Origin: Dehalococcoidia bacterium
GTDB lineage: Bacteria; Chloroflexota; Dehalococcoidia; UBA2979
Assembly (NCBI GenBank): GCA_045562675.1
Contig: JBJKVL010000008.1
Span: forward strand, 131,775 to 195,774
DNA: 64,000 bases
Reading direction: 5' to 3'
Under the pieces are notes generated by a model that searched no databases, was not told the DNA's origin, and saw only the letters and a program-made list of their open reading frames with translations. The position numbers and the translations under genes were made by a program. Below, piece by piece: positions 1 to 10,013 of the stretch. The first letter of the stretch is position 1, and every line of letters begins with the position of its first letter.

Positions 1-476
1 TTAATTTTTTCTAAGCAATCAGTAAGCATTTTCTGACCTCCAAAACCAGGATGCACAGCCATGACAGTGACTTGGTTTATTTTATTGATATATTTTTCGA
101 TTGCTTGAACTGATGTTTCCGGATTAATAGCTAAGGCAAATTCTTTGTTATGCTTCTGTGTTATTGCAATTAATTCACTGGGGTCATCAATTGTTTCTAT
201 ATGTACAATCACTCTATCTACACCAATGTCTATAAATTTTTGCACCTGATCATCTGGATTTGCAACCATTAAGTGTACTTCTATTGGTATCTTGGAAATG
301 GATTTTATTTTTTCTACAATATCTTGGCCAAAAGAAATTTGCGGAACGAAATTACCATCCATGATATCTAAATGCCAACAAGCTAGTTCTTGATTTTCTA
401 CAGATTTAATTTCTTTTTCAATCTGCAAGTAATCCATTGTTAATATTGATGGAGCAATTTTGACGATGGACATCAT
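1..476 (-). CDS. rpe: ribulose-phosphate 3-epimerase (partial; 3' end runs off the window start)
   Basis: Absent from the ORF track because it is open at the window edge. Reverse translation from ATG at 474-476 gives MMSIVKIAPSILTMDY...WHLDIMDGNFVPQISFG...EVHLMV...MAVHPGFGGQK, which carries the H-x-D-x-MDG-x-FVP and GFGGQ motifs of Rpe. Its start abuts the argH stop. Confidence 0.85.
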   Translation of the reverse strand, partial: MMSIVKIAPSILTMDYLQIEKEIKSVENQELACWHLDIMDGNFVPQISFGQDIVEKIKSISKIPIEVHLMVANPDDQVQKFIDIGVDRVIVHIETIDDPSELIAITQKHNKEFALAINPETSVQAIEKYINKINQVTVMAVHPGFGGQKMLTDCLEKI

Positions 477-477
477 A

Positions 478-1881
478 TTATTTCTCAAGCTTTTTGATTG
501 TTTGATTCAATTGAATTTGGGCTTTATTGATAGCACTTTTAACTTGGTTCGGTGCAGTGCCACCAGTGATATTCCTATTTGACAATGATGAATATACACT
601 CAGTTTGGTAATATCATTAGCGAATTTTTTTGAAAATTTTTGATATTGTTGGAGTGTCAGTTCTTCTAGTGATAGATTATTGTCAGTGCAATATTTTACA
701 ATTGATCCAACTATTTCATGAGATTCTCTAAAAGGAATTCCTTTTTTTACTAAGTAGTCTGCGACATCAGTAGCAAGTGCAAATCCACTATTTGCTTTAC
801 GTTCTGCCTCCTCTTTATTAAATGTCAGTGCATGCAGTAAGCCATCAGTGATTGTAAGTACAGAAGTAATAGTATTTATTGAATCAAATAATGGTTCTTT
901 ATCTTCTTGAAGATCACGATTATACGCAAGCGGCAGGCCTTTCATTAGAACAAGTATTTGTACTAAATTTCCGATGACTCGTGCACTTTTACCTCTTACG
1001 AGTTCTGCAACATCAGGGTTTTTCTTTTGAGGCATGATGCTTGAACCAGTTGCAAAATCATCACTGATTTGCACAAGATTAAATTCCTTTGTTGCCCATA
1101 AAATTATTTCTTCCGATAGTCTTGATACATGGATCATGCAGGTAGCCATTGCTGAGTGCATATCAATGACAAAGTCTCGATCGGACACAGCGTCCATAGA
1201 ATTATTTGATATTGCATCAAAGCCGAGTTCATTTGCTAATAATTTTCTATCGAATTTATATCCGGAACCAGCAAGCGCACCCGAGCCAAGCGGCATAATA
1301 TTAGTTTGCTGGATAACATTCATGAATCGATGAGTATCACGAGTTAACATTGCTTCATATGCCAATAGGTGATGTGCAAGTAAGATTGGTTGTGCGACTT
1401 GCAGATGAGTATAGCCAGGGAAAACTGTAGCTTGCTCTGCTTTTGCCATAGCAATAAAACTACTGCGCAAATTAATTAATAAATTGATAATTTCTTTTGA
1501 AGCTACCATGCAATACATTCTGAGATCTGTTGCAATAAGGTCATTTCTGGATCGCCCAGTATGCAGATAGCCTGCATCTTTACCAATCAATTTATATAAT
1601 GCTGCCTCTATGGATAAATGAATGTCCTCATTTTTAATATTGAAGTTAAATTTATTATTTTCAATTTGTTTTTTTATTTTATTTAATCCAGCAGTTATAT
1701 TTTTTGCTTTATTAGCAGAAATTATTTTTTGTTTTTTTAACATTTTTGTATGTGCAAGAGAACATGCAATCTCTTCACTATAAAGCGCCTGATCAAATTG
1801 CAGTGACGCAGTAAATTCTTCAACACCGCTGTCTGTAACTTTTTCAAATGCACCAGACCATAATTTATTTTTTTGTTTCAA
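478..1881 (-). CDS. argH: argininosuccinate lyase
   Basis: 467 aa. Fumarate-lyase superfamily signature GSSIMPQKKNPD and HTGRSRNDLIATD. TTG start with AGGAG upstream. Confidence 0.93.
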   Translation of the reverse strand: MKQKNKLWSGAFEKVTDSGVEEFTASLQFDQALYSEEIACSLAHTKMLKKQKIISANKAKNITAGLNKIKKQIENNKFNFNIKNEDIHLSIEAALYKLIGKDAGYLHTGRSRNDLIATDLRMYCMVASKEIINLLINLRSSFIAMAKAEQATVFPGYTHLQVAQPILLAHHLLAYEAMLTRDTHRFMNVIQQTNIMPLGSGALAGSGYKFDRKLLANELGFDAISNNSMDAVSDRDFVIDMHSAMATCMIHVSRLSEEIILWATKEFNLVQISDDFATGSSIMPQKKNPDVAELVRGKSARVIGNLVQILVLMKGLPLAYNRDLQEDKEPLFDSINTITSVLTITDGLLHALTFNKEEAERKANSGFALATDVADYLVKKGIPFRESHEIVGSIVKYCTDNNLSLEELTLQQYQKFSKKFANDITKLSVYSSLSNRNITGGTAPNQVKSAINKAQIQLNQTIKKLEK

Positions 1882-1901
1882 GTTATACTCCTAGATGTGA
1901 A

Positions 1902-3125
1902 TTATGAGATGTCGTTAATATTTTTATCATCAACGTGCTTTTGAGCTTTTGCCTGTGTTTTTAATGGTTGTCCCCAAATTGCTATAAATCCTTTTGCGAT
2001 AGATTGATCGAATTCATCATCTTCACTATAGGTTGCAAGTTTTGGATCATATAAAGACTCAGTAGATTTCACTCCATTGACAATTGCATTCCCATGCCAT
2101 AATTGCAATCGAACTGTTCCATTAACAAATTTTTGACTTGAATCTATTAGGGCTTTAATATCAGCATGAAATCTACTAAACCAAAGTCCGTCATAAACCA
2201 TTTTTGCATATTCTTGATCAATCACTGACTTCATGTCCTTTTGCTGTCGTGTAAGAGTTAAAGATTCAAGTGCTTGATGTGCTTGAATTAAAACAGATGC
2301 AGCAGGAGATTCATAAATCTCTCTTGATTTTATGCCAACAATTCTATCTTCGACCATATCTATTCTGCCAATGCCGTGCTTACCAGCAATATTATTAAGC
2401 GTGCTGACTATTTCGATAGGATCAGATATTGTGTCATTCAACTTTACAGGGATACCTGCTGCAAATTCTATAGTGATGCTTTCTGGTTCTGTTGAGGTCT
2501 TATTCAAGGGTGTAGTCCATTCATAAATCTCTTCTGGTGGTGCTTCCCATGGATCTTCAAGGATGCCGCATTCAATAGATCGACCCCAAATATTTTCATC
2601 AGTAGAATATGGTGAAGATTTAATTGGCGGCAAAGGAATCTTGTTTTCTTTTGCATAATCAATGACTTCTTCCCGAGTCATATTATTTTCACGACCCGTC
2701 GCGATAATGTCTATATCTGGTTTTAGAGTTTGCAAGCTAATATCAAATCGAACTTGGTCGTTGCCTTTTCCTGTACAGCCATGAGCAACTGCGCTTGCAC
2801 CAACTTCTTTTGCTTTTTCAATAAGCATTTTTGCAATTAACGGTCGCGCTAGAGCAGTGGCAAGCGGATATTTATTTTGATACATTGCATTTGCTTTTAA
2901 AGCTGGGAATGCGTAATTTTCTAAAAATTCTTTTTTTGCATCAATAAGCTTAACTTCTGCAGCACCTGCTTCCAAGCCACGCTTTACAATGTCTTGACTG
3001 TCAGGTAAATTACCTAAGTCAGCTGTCATACAATACACCTCATAGCCATATTCTTTTTTCAGAATATTGACTGCTACTGATGTATCAAGTCCACCTGAAT
3101 AAGCTAATATAATTTTTTTTACCAT
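1902..3125 (-). CDS. argG: argininosuccinate synthase
   Basis: 407 aa. N-terminal AYSGGLDTS ATP-PPase motif and GCTGKGNDQVRF. Confidence 0.93.
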   Translation of the reverse strand: MVKKIILAYSGGLDTSVAVNILKKEYGYEVYCMTADLGNLPDSQDIVKRGLEAGAAEVKLIDAKKEFLENYAFPALKANAMYQNKYPLATALARPLIAKMLIEKAKEVGASAVAHGCTGKGNDQVRFDISLQTLKPDIDIIATGRENNMTREEVIDYAKENKIPLPPIKSSPYSTDENIWGRSIECGILEDPWEAPPEEIYEWTTPLNKTSTEPESITIEFAAGIPVKLNDTISDPIEIVSTLNNIAGKHGIGRIDMVEDRIVGIKSREIYESPAASVLIQAHQALESLTLTRQQKDMKSVIDQEYAKMVYDGLWFSRFHADIKALIDSSQKFVNGTVRLQLWHGNAIVNGVKSTESLYDPKLATYSEDDEFDQSIAKGFIAIWGQPLKTQAKAQKHVDDKNINDIS

Positions 3126-3141
3126 ATTTTTTTTCCATTAA

Positions 3142-4326
3142 TCAATGTACTGCATCGATACTTTTAGCTATTATTGCACACGCTTTCTTTAGTTCATTGC
3201 TTGAAACATTTAATGCAGGCATTAACCTTAATACATTTGGTCTGACTGCATTCACTAATAACCCATTATTTAGACATTCTTGTGAGACAGCCGCAGCAAT
3301 TTCACTCTTAAATTCAATGCCTCGCAATAATCCTATACCTCTTAATTTAACAATATCATCATGCTCGTGCAGTAAATCATTTAATATATTATCTAAGATT
3401 TTTGTAGTTGATTGTATGGTCTTTAACATGTTTGAGTTAAATAACTTATTTGCGACATAATGTGCGCCAGCACACGTGAGTACATTGCCACCAAACGTGC
3501 TGCCATGATCTCCAGCACTAAATACATCTACTTTTTTTGTGGACATAATGCATCCAATTGGCAATCCTCCGCCAAGTCCTTTTGCCGACGTCATGATATC
3601 TGGCAAAATTTTGTTATGTTGATGCGCCCATGCTAAACCTGTTCTACCCATACCTGTTTGTATTTCATCAAGAATAAGCAGCATATTATTTTTATTGCAC
3701 CACTGTCGTATTTTGTTTAAGTAGTCTTTATTCGGTGTAATAACTCCTCCTTCTCCTTGAATTGGTTCGATTAAAATCGCAACTGTTTTTGCTGTTGTTT
3801 GTTTTTTAATTGAGTTCATGTCATTGAAGTTAATAAATTTAAATCCGGGCAGTAATGGCTTAAATGAGTTTTTGTAATTTTTATTATCATTTGCTGAGAT
3901 TGTTGCAATCGTTCTACCATGAAATCCGTTTTTGGCAACTAAAATTTCATAGGCACCTTTTTTATTAATTTGCCCCCATTTTCTTGCAAGTTTTATAGCA
4001 GCTTCATTTGCTTCTGCTCCGGAGTTACAAAACCAAACTCGATCGAGCTTTGATGACTTGAGCAGTAATTCACCTAATTCAATTTGAGGTTGTGAATAAA
4101 AAATATTAGATATATGTACTAATTTTTTTGCTTGCTTGTTGATCGCCTTTGCAAGTCCTGCATCAGCATGACCTAGCAAGTTGGTTGCAATGCCACAAAT
4201 GAAATCAAGATATTTCTTTTCATTTTCGTCCCATACATACGAACCTTTCCCACGAACAATCGTGAGAGGCACTCGATTTGCAACTTGCATAAAAATTTTT
4301 GATTCTTTTTGTTGAATGTTATTCAA
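3142..4326 (-). CDS. argD: acetylornithine aminotransferase (class III PLP aminotransferase)
   Basis: 394 aa. DEIQTGMGRTG and TSAKGLGGGLPIG (PLP lysine) motifs, in an arg operon context. Starts at TTG 4326, or alternatively at ATG 4290. Confidence 0.88.
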   Translation of the reverse strand: MNNIQQKESKIFMQVANRVPLTIVRGKGSYVWDENEKKYLDFICGIATNLLGHADAGLAKAINKQAKKLVHISNIFYSQPQIELGELLLKSSKLDRVWFCNSGAEANEAAIKLARKWGQINKKGAYEILVAKNGFHGRTIATISANDNKNYKNSFKPLLPGFKFINFNDMNSIKKQTTAKTVAILIEPIQGEGGVITPNKDYLNKIRQWCNKNNMLLILDEIQTGMGRTGLAWAHQHNKILPDIMTSAKGLGGGLPIGCIMSTKKVDVFSAGDHGSTFGGNVLTCAGAHYVANKLFNSNMLKTIQSTTKILDNILNDLLHEHDDIVKLRGIGLLRGIEFKSEIAAAVSQECLNNGLLVNAVRPNVLRLMPALNVSSNELKKACAIIAKSIDAVH

Positions 4327-4361
4327 ATTATATGTTCCCGAATATTTATATGAATGTGAAA

Positions 4362-7148
4362 TTAATTATCTAGATCACTAATAATATTCTTAATTTTTTC
4401 AATTTGATTTTCAACATCAGAAATTATTTTTTCTAGTGAATCGATTAATTCTGCATCTGATTGGTTGGATGTTGCCTCGCTCGTTTCACTGGTCTTGCTT
4501 GGTACATCTATAGATTTAGAGTCATCCGTCTCTTGTTCTATTTCATTTTTATCAATGCCTAGCACTTTATATAATGCAGTAGCAAAATCTTCTTCCATTG
4601 CAATTTCGTTACCATTCGCAACAACAACTCGAACAAGTTGAGGTAATTTTCTTGACGACGCTTGAAGATAAATTGGCTCAACATATAATACGGAATTACC
4701 AATTGGAATCATTAGTAAGTTGCCTCGTATAACTTCTGATCCTGATGAGTCCCACAGTGTTATTTGTTGAGAAATTGCAGGATCTTGATCGATGAGCGCT
4801 TCAATTTGAGTCGGGCCATTAATTTGTCTTTCTGTTGGAAATCTATATGCTCGCAATTTCCCATAATTATCACCATCAGATCTTCCAGCTAACCAAGCAA
4901 TTGTATTCGGTCTATTTTGAGGGTTAAATGGTAATATTAAGGCAAATTCTTCTACTGATTCACCTGGGAGTGTCATCACTACATAGTATGGTTCCACTAG
5001 TTGTTCTTTTTGTTTGAATTTCTCAGTAGGTATACTCCAAAAATCTTCACCTACGAAAAATACATTAGCGTCTTTGACGTGATACTTAAGATACATTTCT
5101 GACTGCATTTGAAATAACATTTCTGGATATCGTATATGTTCAATCAGTGCATTTGGCATTTCACTTGCATCCTTAAATAATGTAGGAAATATTTTTGACC
5201 AAGTTGATGCAATAAAATCAGCATCATCAAATAAATATAAATCTATATCACCTGTCTGTGCGTCTGTAATAACTTTAACGCTATTTCTTAAGTAATTAAC
5301 TTTTTGACCATATTCTGAAGAATAAGGGAATGAATTTGTATATGTGTACGCATCGTGTATCCAGTAAATGTCTCCATCAATTGTAACTGCATATGGATCT
5401 GGATCTAACGTTAAGAAAGGAGCAATTTTATTTACTCTTTCGAATATATTTCTGTAGAGCAGCAAGCGAGAATCAGAGCCAAGCTGGTCAGAAATCAAAA
5501 CATTTACATCACCAAGCTCCCATGCTAAGGCAGCTTTTTTGAAAAATGAGTCAAGTTTAATTCCTTTATCTTCCTCATATCTTGTTTGTGCATTCTTTCC
5601 TTCATCTAAAGGATAATCGAATTCATTTTCATTAGTTTTGACCATAACGTAATGATTTGTTAATTCACCAAAATAAATTCTAGAACCGTCGATAGAAAGA
5701 TTCACTTCATCCTCTGAGGATTGAGGTGGTATATTGCTTGTTAATAAATTAGGCAAACCATCCGTATCAACGGAATTAACAGGAGCAATTGCTGCACCAA
5801 AGCCATGCGTTAGCTGTAATCGTTGTCTGGTCCAATTCATATCAGCAGTACTATCAATGTCTAGTTCTCTTGTTGCAACCATGACTGAGCTTAATTTTCC
5901 ATCTATGGTATACCTATCTACATCTACATCTCTAAATTTGTAAAAAGGTCTAATAGATTGAATTTCATTGAAAGTATCTCTTAATGGGCGCGGGTCTAAA
6001 ATTCTTATATTATCAATTGTTTCTGGGTATTGGCTAACTTCTTCTTGAGACACCTGTCTATTTGCTGGAAAGTTTTGTTCATCGATATTATTAAGTCCCC
6101 AAGCTAATCTTGTGTAGTCAATATTTCTTTGAATATAAGGTTGTTCTTTTTGTAATTCATTTGGGTCAACTGTGAATTGTTGAATTGCAGATGGTAACAG
6201 CCCACTACCTACTATGCTTACAAATACCCATAATCCAATTAGAAATGCAGGCAGGCGATAATTATTAGATATAAATGAATTGATAATCACTACGATGCCA
6301 GTGAATAATGCAATTCCTGCTAGGATATATCGTACAGGCAGCTTGATAGAAATATCTGTATATGCTGCACCATAAATTAATCCATTTGCATCAAATAAAA
6401 TATTATATACACTTAAGAAAATACCAACAGCAATCAAGATAATAATTAAGCCGATATTTACAGAGAAATGTCTTTGAATATTTTTTGGCATATTTGAAAT
6501 GTCATTTATTGAGAAAGATGTTAGGTATATACCACCAATAATAAATGTTGAAAATAGCAAAACACCAAGCAACCAACTTTGAACAAATTGAAAAGCGGGT
6601 AATGTGAAAGTATAAAATGCTATATCTCTTTGAAAAACTGGATCAGACGTACCGAATTCTATAGAATTAAAAAATTTATATAATGTGTCCCAATTATTTG
6701 CAGCTGAACTTCCAAAAGTGACAGATATAAATAATGCGATTGATACCAGGATAATTGTTGAGATATTAGACAAAGATGTTGTGACGCCCAGTTGATCTAA
6801 AATCCCACCTTTATTTTTTTGAACTGATTGTTTTTTTGCTATTAAAATGTTTAATGCAATAATTAATGCAGATATAAAGAAGCCAGCAAGAAAAAAAGTT
6901 ATTTTTGCAGATAGAACAGTCTTATAGATTGGTAAATAATCAGCTGATTGTGATGTTTCAGTTGCGCTAAACCATAACCAGTTCACATAAATTTCTTTTA
7001 GAGCACCAAAAACAAAAAGTGCAATTATAGAAAAAACAAATATAGCCACAAGCTTTATTGGAATAGTCGGCAACGAAATACCTTGCCCGTCAAGGCCAAA
7101 CGGATTGCTATCATCTTTGTTAGAGTTGTTAAAATCAAAATAACCCAT
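4362..7148 (-). CDS. UPF0182 family large integral membrane protein
   Basis: 928 aa. The N-terminal third has about 7 hydrophobic helices, with WLWF near TM1. A large soluble domain ends in LLMIPIGNSVLYVEPIYLQA, as I recall for UPF0182. An acidic Ser/Asp/Glu-rich tail follows. Confidence 0.75.
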   Translation of the reverse strand: MGYFDFNNSNKDDSNPFGLDGQGISLPTIPIKLVAIFVFSIIALFVFGALKEIYVNWLWFSATETSQSADYLPIYKTVLSAKITFFLAGFFISALIIALNILIAKKQSVQKNKGGILDQLGVTTSLSNISTIILVSIALFISVTFGSSAANNWDTLYKFFNSIEFGTSDPVFQRDIAFYTFTLPAFQFVQSWLLGVLLFSTFIIGGIYLTSFSINDISNMPKNIQRHFSVNIGLIIILIAVGIFLSVYNILFDANGLIYGAAYTDISIKLPVRYILAGIALFTGIVVIINSFISNNYRLPAFLIGLWVFVSIVGSGLLPSAIQQFTVDPNELQKEQPYIQRNIDYTRLAWGLNNIDEQNFPANRQVSQEEVSQYPETIDNIRILDPRPLRDTFNEIQSIRPFYKFRDVDVDRYTIDGKLSSVMVATRELDIDSTADMNWTRQRLQLTHGFGAAIAPVNSVDTDGLPNLLTSNIPPQSSEDEVNLSIDGSRIYFGELTNHYVMVKTNENEFDYPLDEGKNAQTRYEEDKGIKLDSFFKKAALAWELGDVNVLISDQLGSDSRLLLYRNIFERVNKIAPFLTLDPDPYAVTIDGDIYWIHDAYTYTNSFPYSSEYGQKVNYLRNSVKVITDAQTGDIDLYLFDDADFIASTWSKIFPTLFKDASEMPNALIEHIRYPEMLFQMQSEMYLKYHVKDANVFFVGEDFWSIPTEKFKQKEQLVEPYYVVMTLPGESVEEFALILPFNPQNRPNTIAWLAGRSDGDNYGKLRAYRFPTERQINGPTQIEALIDQDPAISQQITLWDSSGSEVIRGNLLMIPIGNSVLYVEPIYLQASSRKLPQLVRVVVANGNEIAMEEDFATALYKVLGIDKNEIEQETDDSKSIDVPSKTSETSEATSNQSDAELIDSLEKIISDVENQIEKIKNIISDLDN

Positions 7149-7158
7149 TTTATTTTCC

Positions 7159-7938
7159 TTAATTTGTAGTTGAAATTATTGTTTCAATTGCACTGTTGTT
7201 AAATATATCACTAATTATACTTTTACGTTCACTATTTGCAATATGACATTTGACTCCAGACTTAGCTGCGATGATTGCATTTTCAACTTTTGGAATCATG
7301 CCATCTACAATAATTTTTTTCATAATTAATTCCTCAGCATGGTCTGGTGTTAAATTATTAATTATTTTTCCATTTTCATTTTTGACACCATCTACATCTG
7401 ATAACAATATACAGTCTTTTGCATTAGTTGCAATAGCTAAAGCAATTGCAGCGGTATCAGCATTCACATTTAAAATTGCACTTTCTTGATCCAGAGAGGC
7501 TGCTATTGGAGCAATAACTGGTAAATATTTACTATTTAATAGATCTTCCAGTATGCTAGTATTCACTTTTTTGATTTCTCCTACGTAACCAATATTCATA
7601 TTAATTGTTTGAGCTTGAAATAAATTATCATCGACTCCAGCAATGCCAATTGCTCGTAAATCAAATTTATTTAATTCTGCGACAAGCTGTTTATTTGTCG
7701 TTCCTGCTAAGGCACCAATAACAATATCTAAAGTGATTTCATCAGTATATCTTAGTCCTTCTACAAACTTTGTTTCTATATTCATCCTGTTTAGCCAATT
7801 AGAGATTAATTGACCTCCCCCATGCACAATGATAATTTTTGAACCTATTTTGACATGCTTTGCTATTTCTTCAATAATTTTTATGTAATTTTTTGAAGAT
7901 GAGCCACCGATCTTGATAATGGTTAATGATTCTGACAT
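7159..7938 (-). CDS. argB: acetylglutamate kinase
   Basis: 259 aa. Amino-acid kinase fold with IIKIGG...IIVHGGG motifs, in an arg operon context. Confidence 0.9.
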   Translation of the reverse strand: MSESLTIIKIGGSSSKNYIKIIEEIAKHVKIGSKIIIVHGGGQLISNWLNRMNIETKFVEGLRYTDEITLDIVIGALAGTTNKQLVAELNKFDLRAIGIAGVDDNLFQAQTINMNIGYVGEIKKVNTSILEDLLNSKYLPVIAPIAASLDQESAILNVNADTAAIALAIATNAKDCILLSDVDGVKNENGKIINNLTPDHAEELIMKKIIVDGMIPKVENAIIAAKSGVKCHIANSERKSIISDIFNNSAIETIISTTN

Positions 7939-7952
7939 ATTTTTTCCATTAG

Positions 7953-9182
7953 CTATGTTGTATATTCACTATTAATTTTTACATATTCTTGCGTTAAGTC
8001 ACATCCCCACGCTACAGCATTAGCTTGTCCGTCATTCAGATCAATTGAAATGATGACAGTATCGCCATACATTTCATCAACGGCCTTCGCAGCATTACTA
8101 AACAGAGGTTTGCCATTTTCATAAACTTTGATTTCGCCAATATGTATGGAAATTTTATTCTCATCCATACTTGGTAGTGCATTACCTAAAGCAGTGATTA
8201 TTCTTCCCCAATTTGGATCTTTACCTTTGACCATTGTTTTAATCAAAAGTGATGAAATAATTGATCTTGCTGCATGCTTAGCTATCAAATCAGAATTTGC
8301 TTGATTAATCCTTGCTTCAATCAAACAAGTCGCTCCTTCGCCATCACTCGCAATACTCTTTGCTAAATATATACATACTTCTTGTAGTGCATCTTTGAAT
8401 AAGTTACTTAATGGATGCTTTTCGTCGATAGTTTCTTCTTTAGAGTTTTTCTTTGAAATTAACGCAACTATATCACAGGGCGAAGTATCCATATCAACAT
8501 CTATCATGTTAAATGAGGTATTTACAGATTCAGTTAATATTTGATTAGCCCATTTTGGGTCTAGTGGTGCGTCTGTTGTAAGAAAAGCTAGCATTGTTGC
8601 TAAATTAGGATGAATCATTCCAGCACCTTTAGCACATCCAGCAATGATATATTTTCTATTTTCGTACTCTATTTCTAGTGCAATTTCTTTTGGTTGTGTG
8701 TCTGTAGTTAATATCGCATTAGCAAATTCATTACCTTGTAATTGATTTAAAGTAAAACTTTCAACACCAGCTTGAATTAAGTCAACTGGTAATTCGATAC
8801 CAATAATACCAGTTGATGCAATGTATATTTCCTGAGTATTAGCTTGAATTTTTTTTGCTACTGATGATGCTAATGCTTCTGCATGCTTATAGCCAATTGC
8901 TCCGACTGCCGTATTTGCATTTCCTGAGTTCACTAATAATCCACGAAATGGTTTATTTTTTTCCAGTAAATTCATTGTCCATTTTAAGGATTCTCCTTTT
9001 AATTGATTTTGCGTATACTTAGCAACAAAATTACAAGTTTCATCAGAGTAAAGTAGCGCAAGGTCTTTTTTCTTGTCAGATTTGATACCAGCAGTGATGC
9101 CTTCAGCATAAAATCCATTTGGCGATGCAATATGACCGTCTTTAATTTGTTTAATTGCAAATGACTCAACTTGATCATTCAT
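7953..9182 (-). CDS. argJ: bifunctional ornithine acetyltransferase / N-acetylglutamate synthase
   Basis: 409 aa. Contains the autoproteolysis site context HPNLATMLAFLTTDA (A|TML). Confidence 0.92.
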   Translation of the reverse strand: MNDQVESFAIKQIKDGHIASPNGFYAEGITAGIKSDKKKDLALLYSDETCNFVAKYTQNQLKGESLKWTMNLLEKNKPFRGLLVNSGNANTAVGAIGYKHAEALASSVAKKIQANTQEIYIASTGIIGIELPVDLIQAGVESFTLNQLQGNEFANAILTTDTQPKEIALEIEYENRKYIIAGCAKGAGMIHPNLATMLAFLTTDAPLDPKWANQILTESVNTSFNMIDVDMDTSPCDIVALISKKNSKEETIDEKHPLSNLFKDALQEVCIYLAKSIASDGEGATCLIEARINQANSDLIAKHAARSIISSLLIKTMVKGKDPNWGRIITALGNALPSMDENKISIHIGEIKVYENGKPLFSNAAKAVDEMYGDTVIISIDLNDGQANAVAWGCDLTQEYVKINSEYTT

Positions 9183-9221
9183 AAATTAATCCTTTTATCA
9201 AATAATACATTTAATCCTTAT

Positions 9222-9245
9222 TAAATATAAATATAAATATAAATA
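9222..9245. repeat. perfect (TAAATA)x4 hexamer tandem repeat upstream of argJ
   Basis: Four exact TAAATA copies read directly from the sequence, 40-63 nt upstream of the argJ start. May act as an AT-rich promoter or UP-like element, but function is unknown. Confidence 0.5.
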
Positions 9246-9268
9246 ATTAAACATTTTCAAATAATTTC

Positions 9269-9919
9269 TTAAGTAAGATTTTGCTCACATAAATCTTGAA
9301 TTATACACTCATTACACAATGGATTTTTTGCTTGACAGATCTTTCGACCATGCTCAATTAAACTCAAGTGAAATATGCCATATTTTTCTTTTTCAAAAAT
9401 CTGTTCTAAGTCTTCCTGTATATCTATTGTGTTTACTTTTTTTTTGACAAAACCGATTCTTTTTACAATTCTTTCAACATGTGTATCAACTGGTATAAAT
9501 GGAACGCCATATGCGAATAACATTACACATGATGCTGTTTTCTTTCCCACTCCCGGTAAACTAGTTAACCAATTTAGAGCCTCCTTCCTTTTTAAGGTTG
9601 TTAAAAAATACAGGTTATAGTTTTCAACTTCCTCATTAACAATATTTAATACGGTTTTAATATTTTTTGATTTAATATTTGACATGCCCCCAATAGTTAT
9701 CTGTTTTTTAATTTCTGATAGTTGTGCTTTACGAATATTTTCCCAGTTTCCAAAATGATTCATTAATTTGGCAAATGCCTGACCTGAGTTTCTATCAGCA
9801 GTATTTTGCGAAAGAATTGTTAAAATAAGCTCACTAATACCATCACCGTGTGGTCTAATTTTTTTTAGCTTGTATTGCTTTTTTAACAATTTATAAATGC
9901 CGGATGTATTTTTATTCAT
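9269..9919 (-). CDS. nth: endonuclease III-like HhH-GPD DNA glycosylase
   Basis: HhH motif LPGVGKKTASCVMLF. C-terminal 4Fe-4S loop C-x6-C-x2-C-x5-C (CQAKNPLCNECIIQDLC). The ORF-track N-terminus (to 10027) is a hydrophobic, non-conserved extension, so the likely start is the internal ATG giving MNKNTSG. Confidence 0.8.
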   Translation of the reverse strand: MNKNTSGIYKLLKKQYKLKKIRPHGDGISELILTILSQNTADRNSGQAFAKLMNHFGNWENIRKAQLSEIKKQITIGGMSNIKSKNIKTVLNIVNEEVENYNLYFLTTLKRKEALNWLTSLPGVGKKTASCVMLFAYGVPFIPVDTHVERIVKRIGFVKKKVNTIDIQEDLEQIFEKEKYGIFHLSLIEHGRKICQAKNPLCNECIIQDLCEQNLT

Positions 9920-10013
9920 AGCGTTCTTTATATATAAGCAATCTGTATGTTTTATAATTAATAATATAAATATATAATATTGCAAGCTGTAAGTTGCAAG
10001 GATCTTTACAATT

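Noticed and set aside
9222-9245. The (TAAATA)x4 repeat as a possible CRISPR or minisatellite.
   Set aside because: It is only 24 nt of AT-rich hexamers with no spacers. This fits low-complexity promoter DNA in an AT-rich genome, so it is kept only as a repeat feature.
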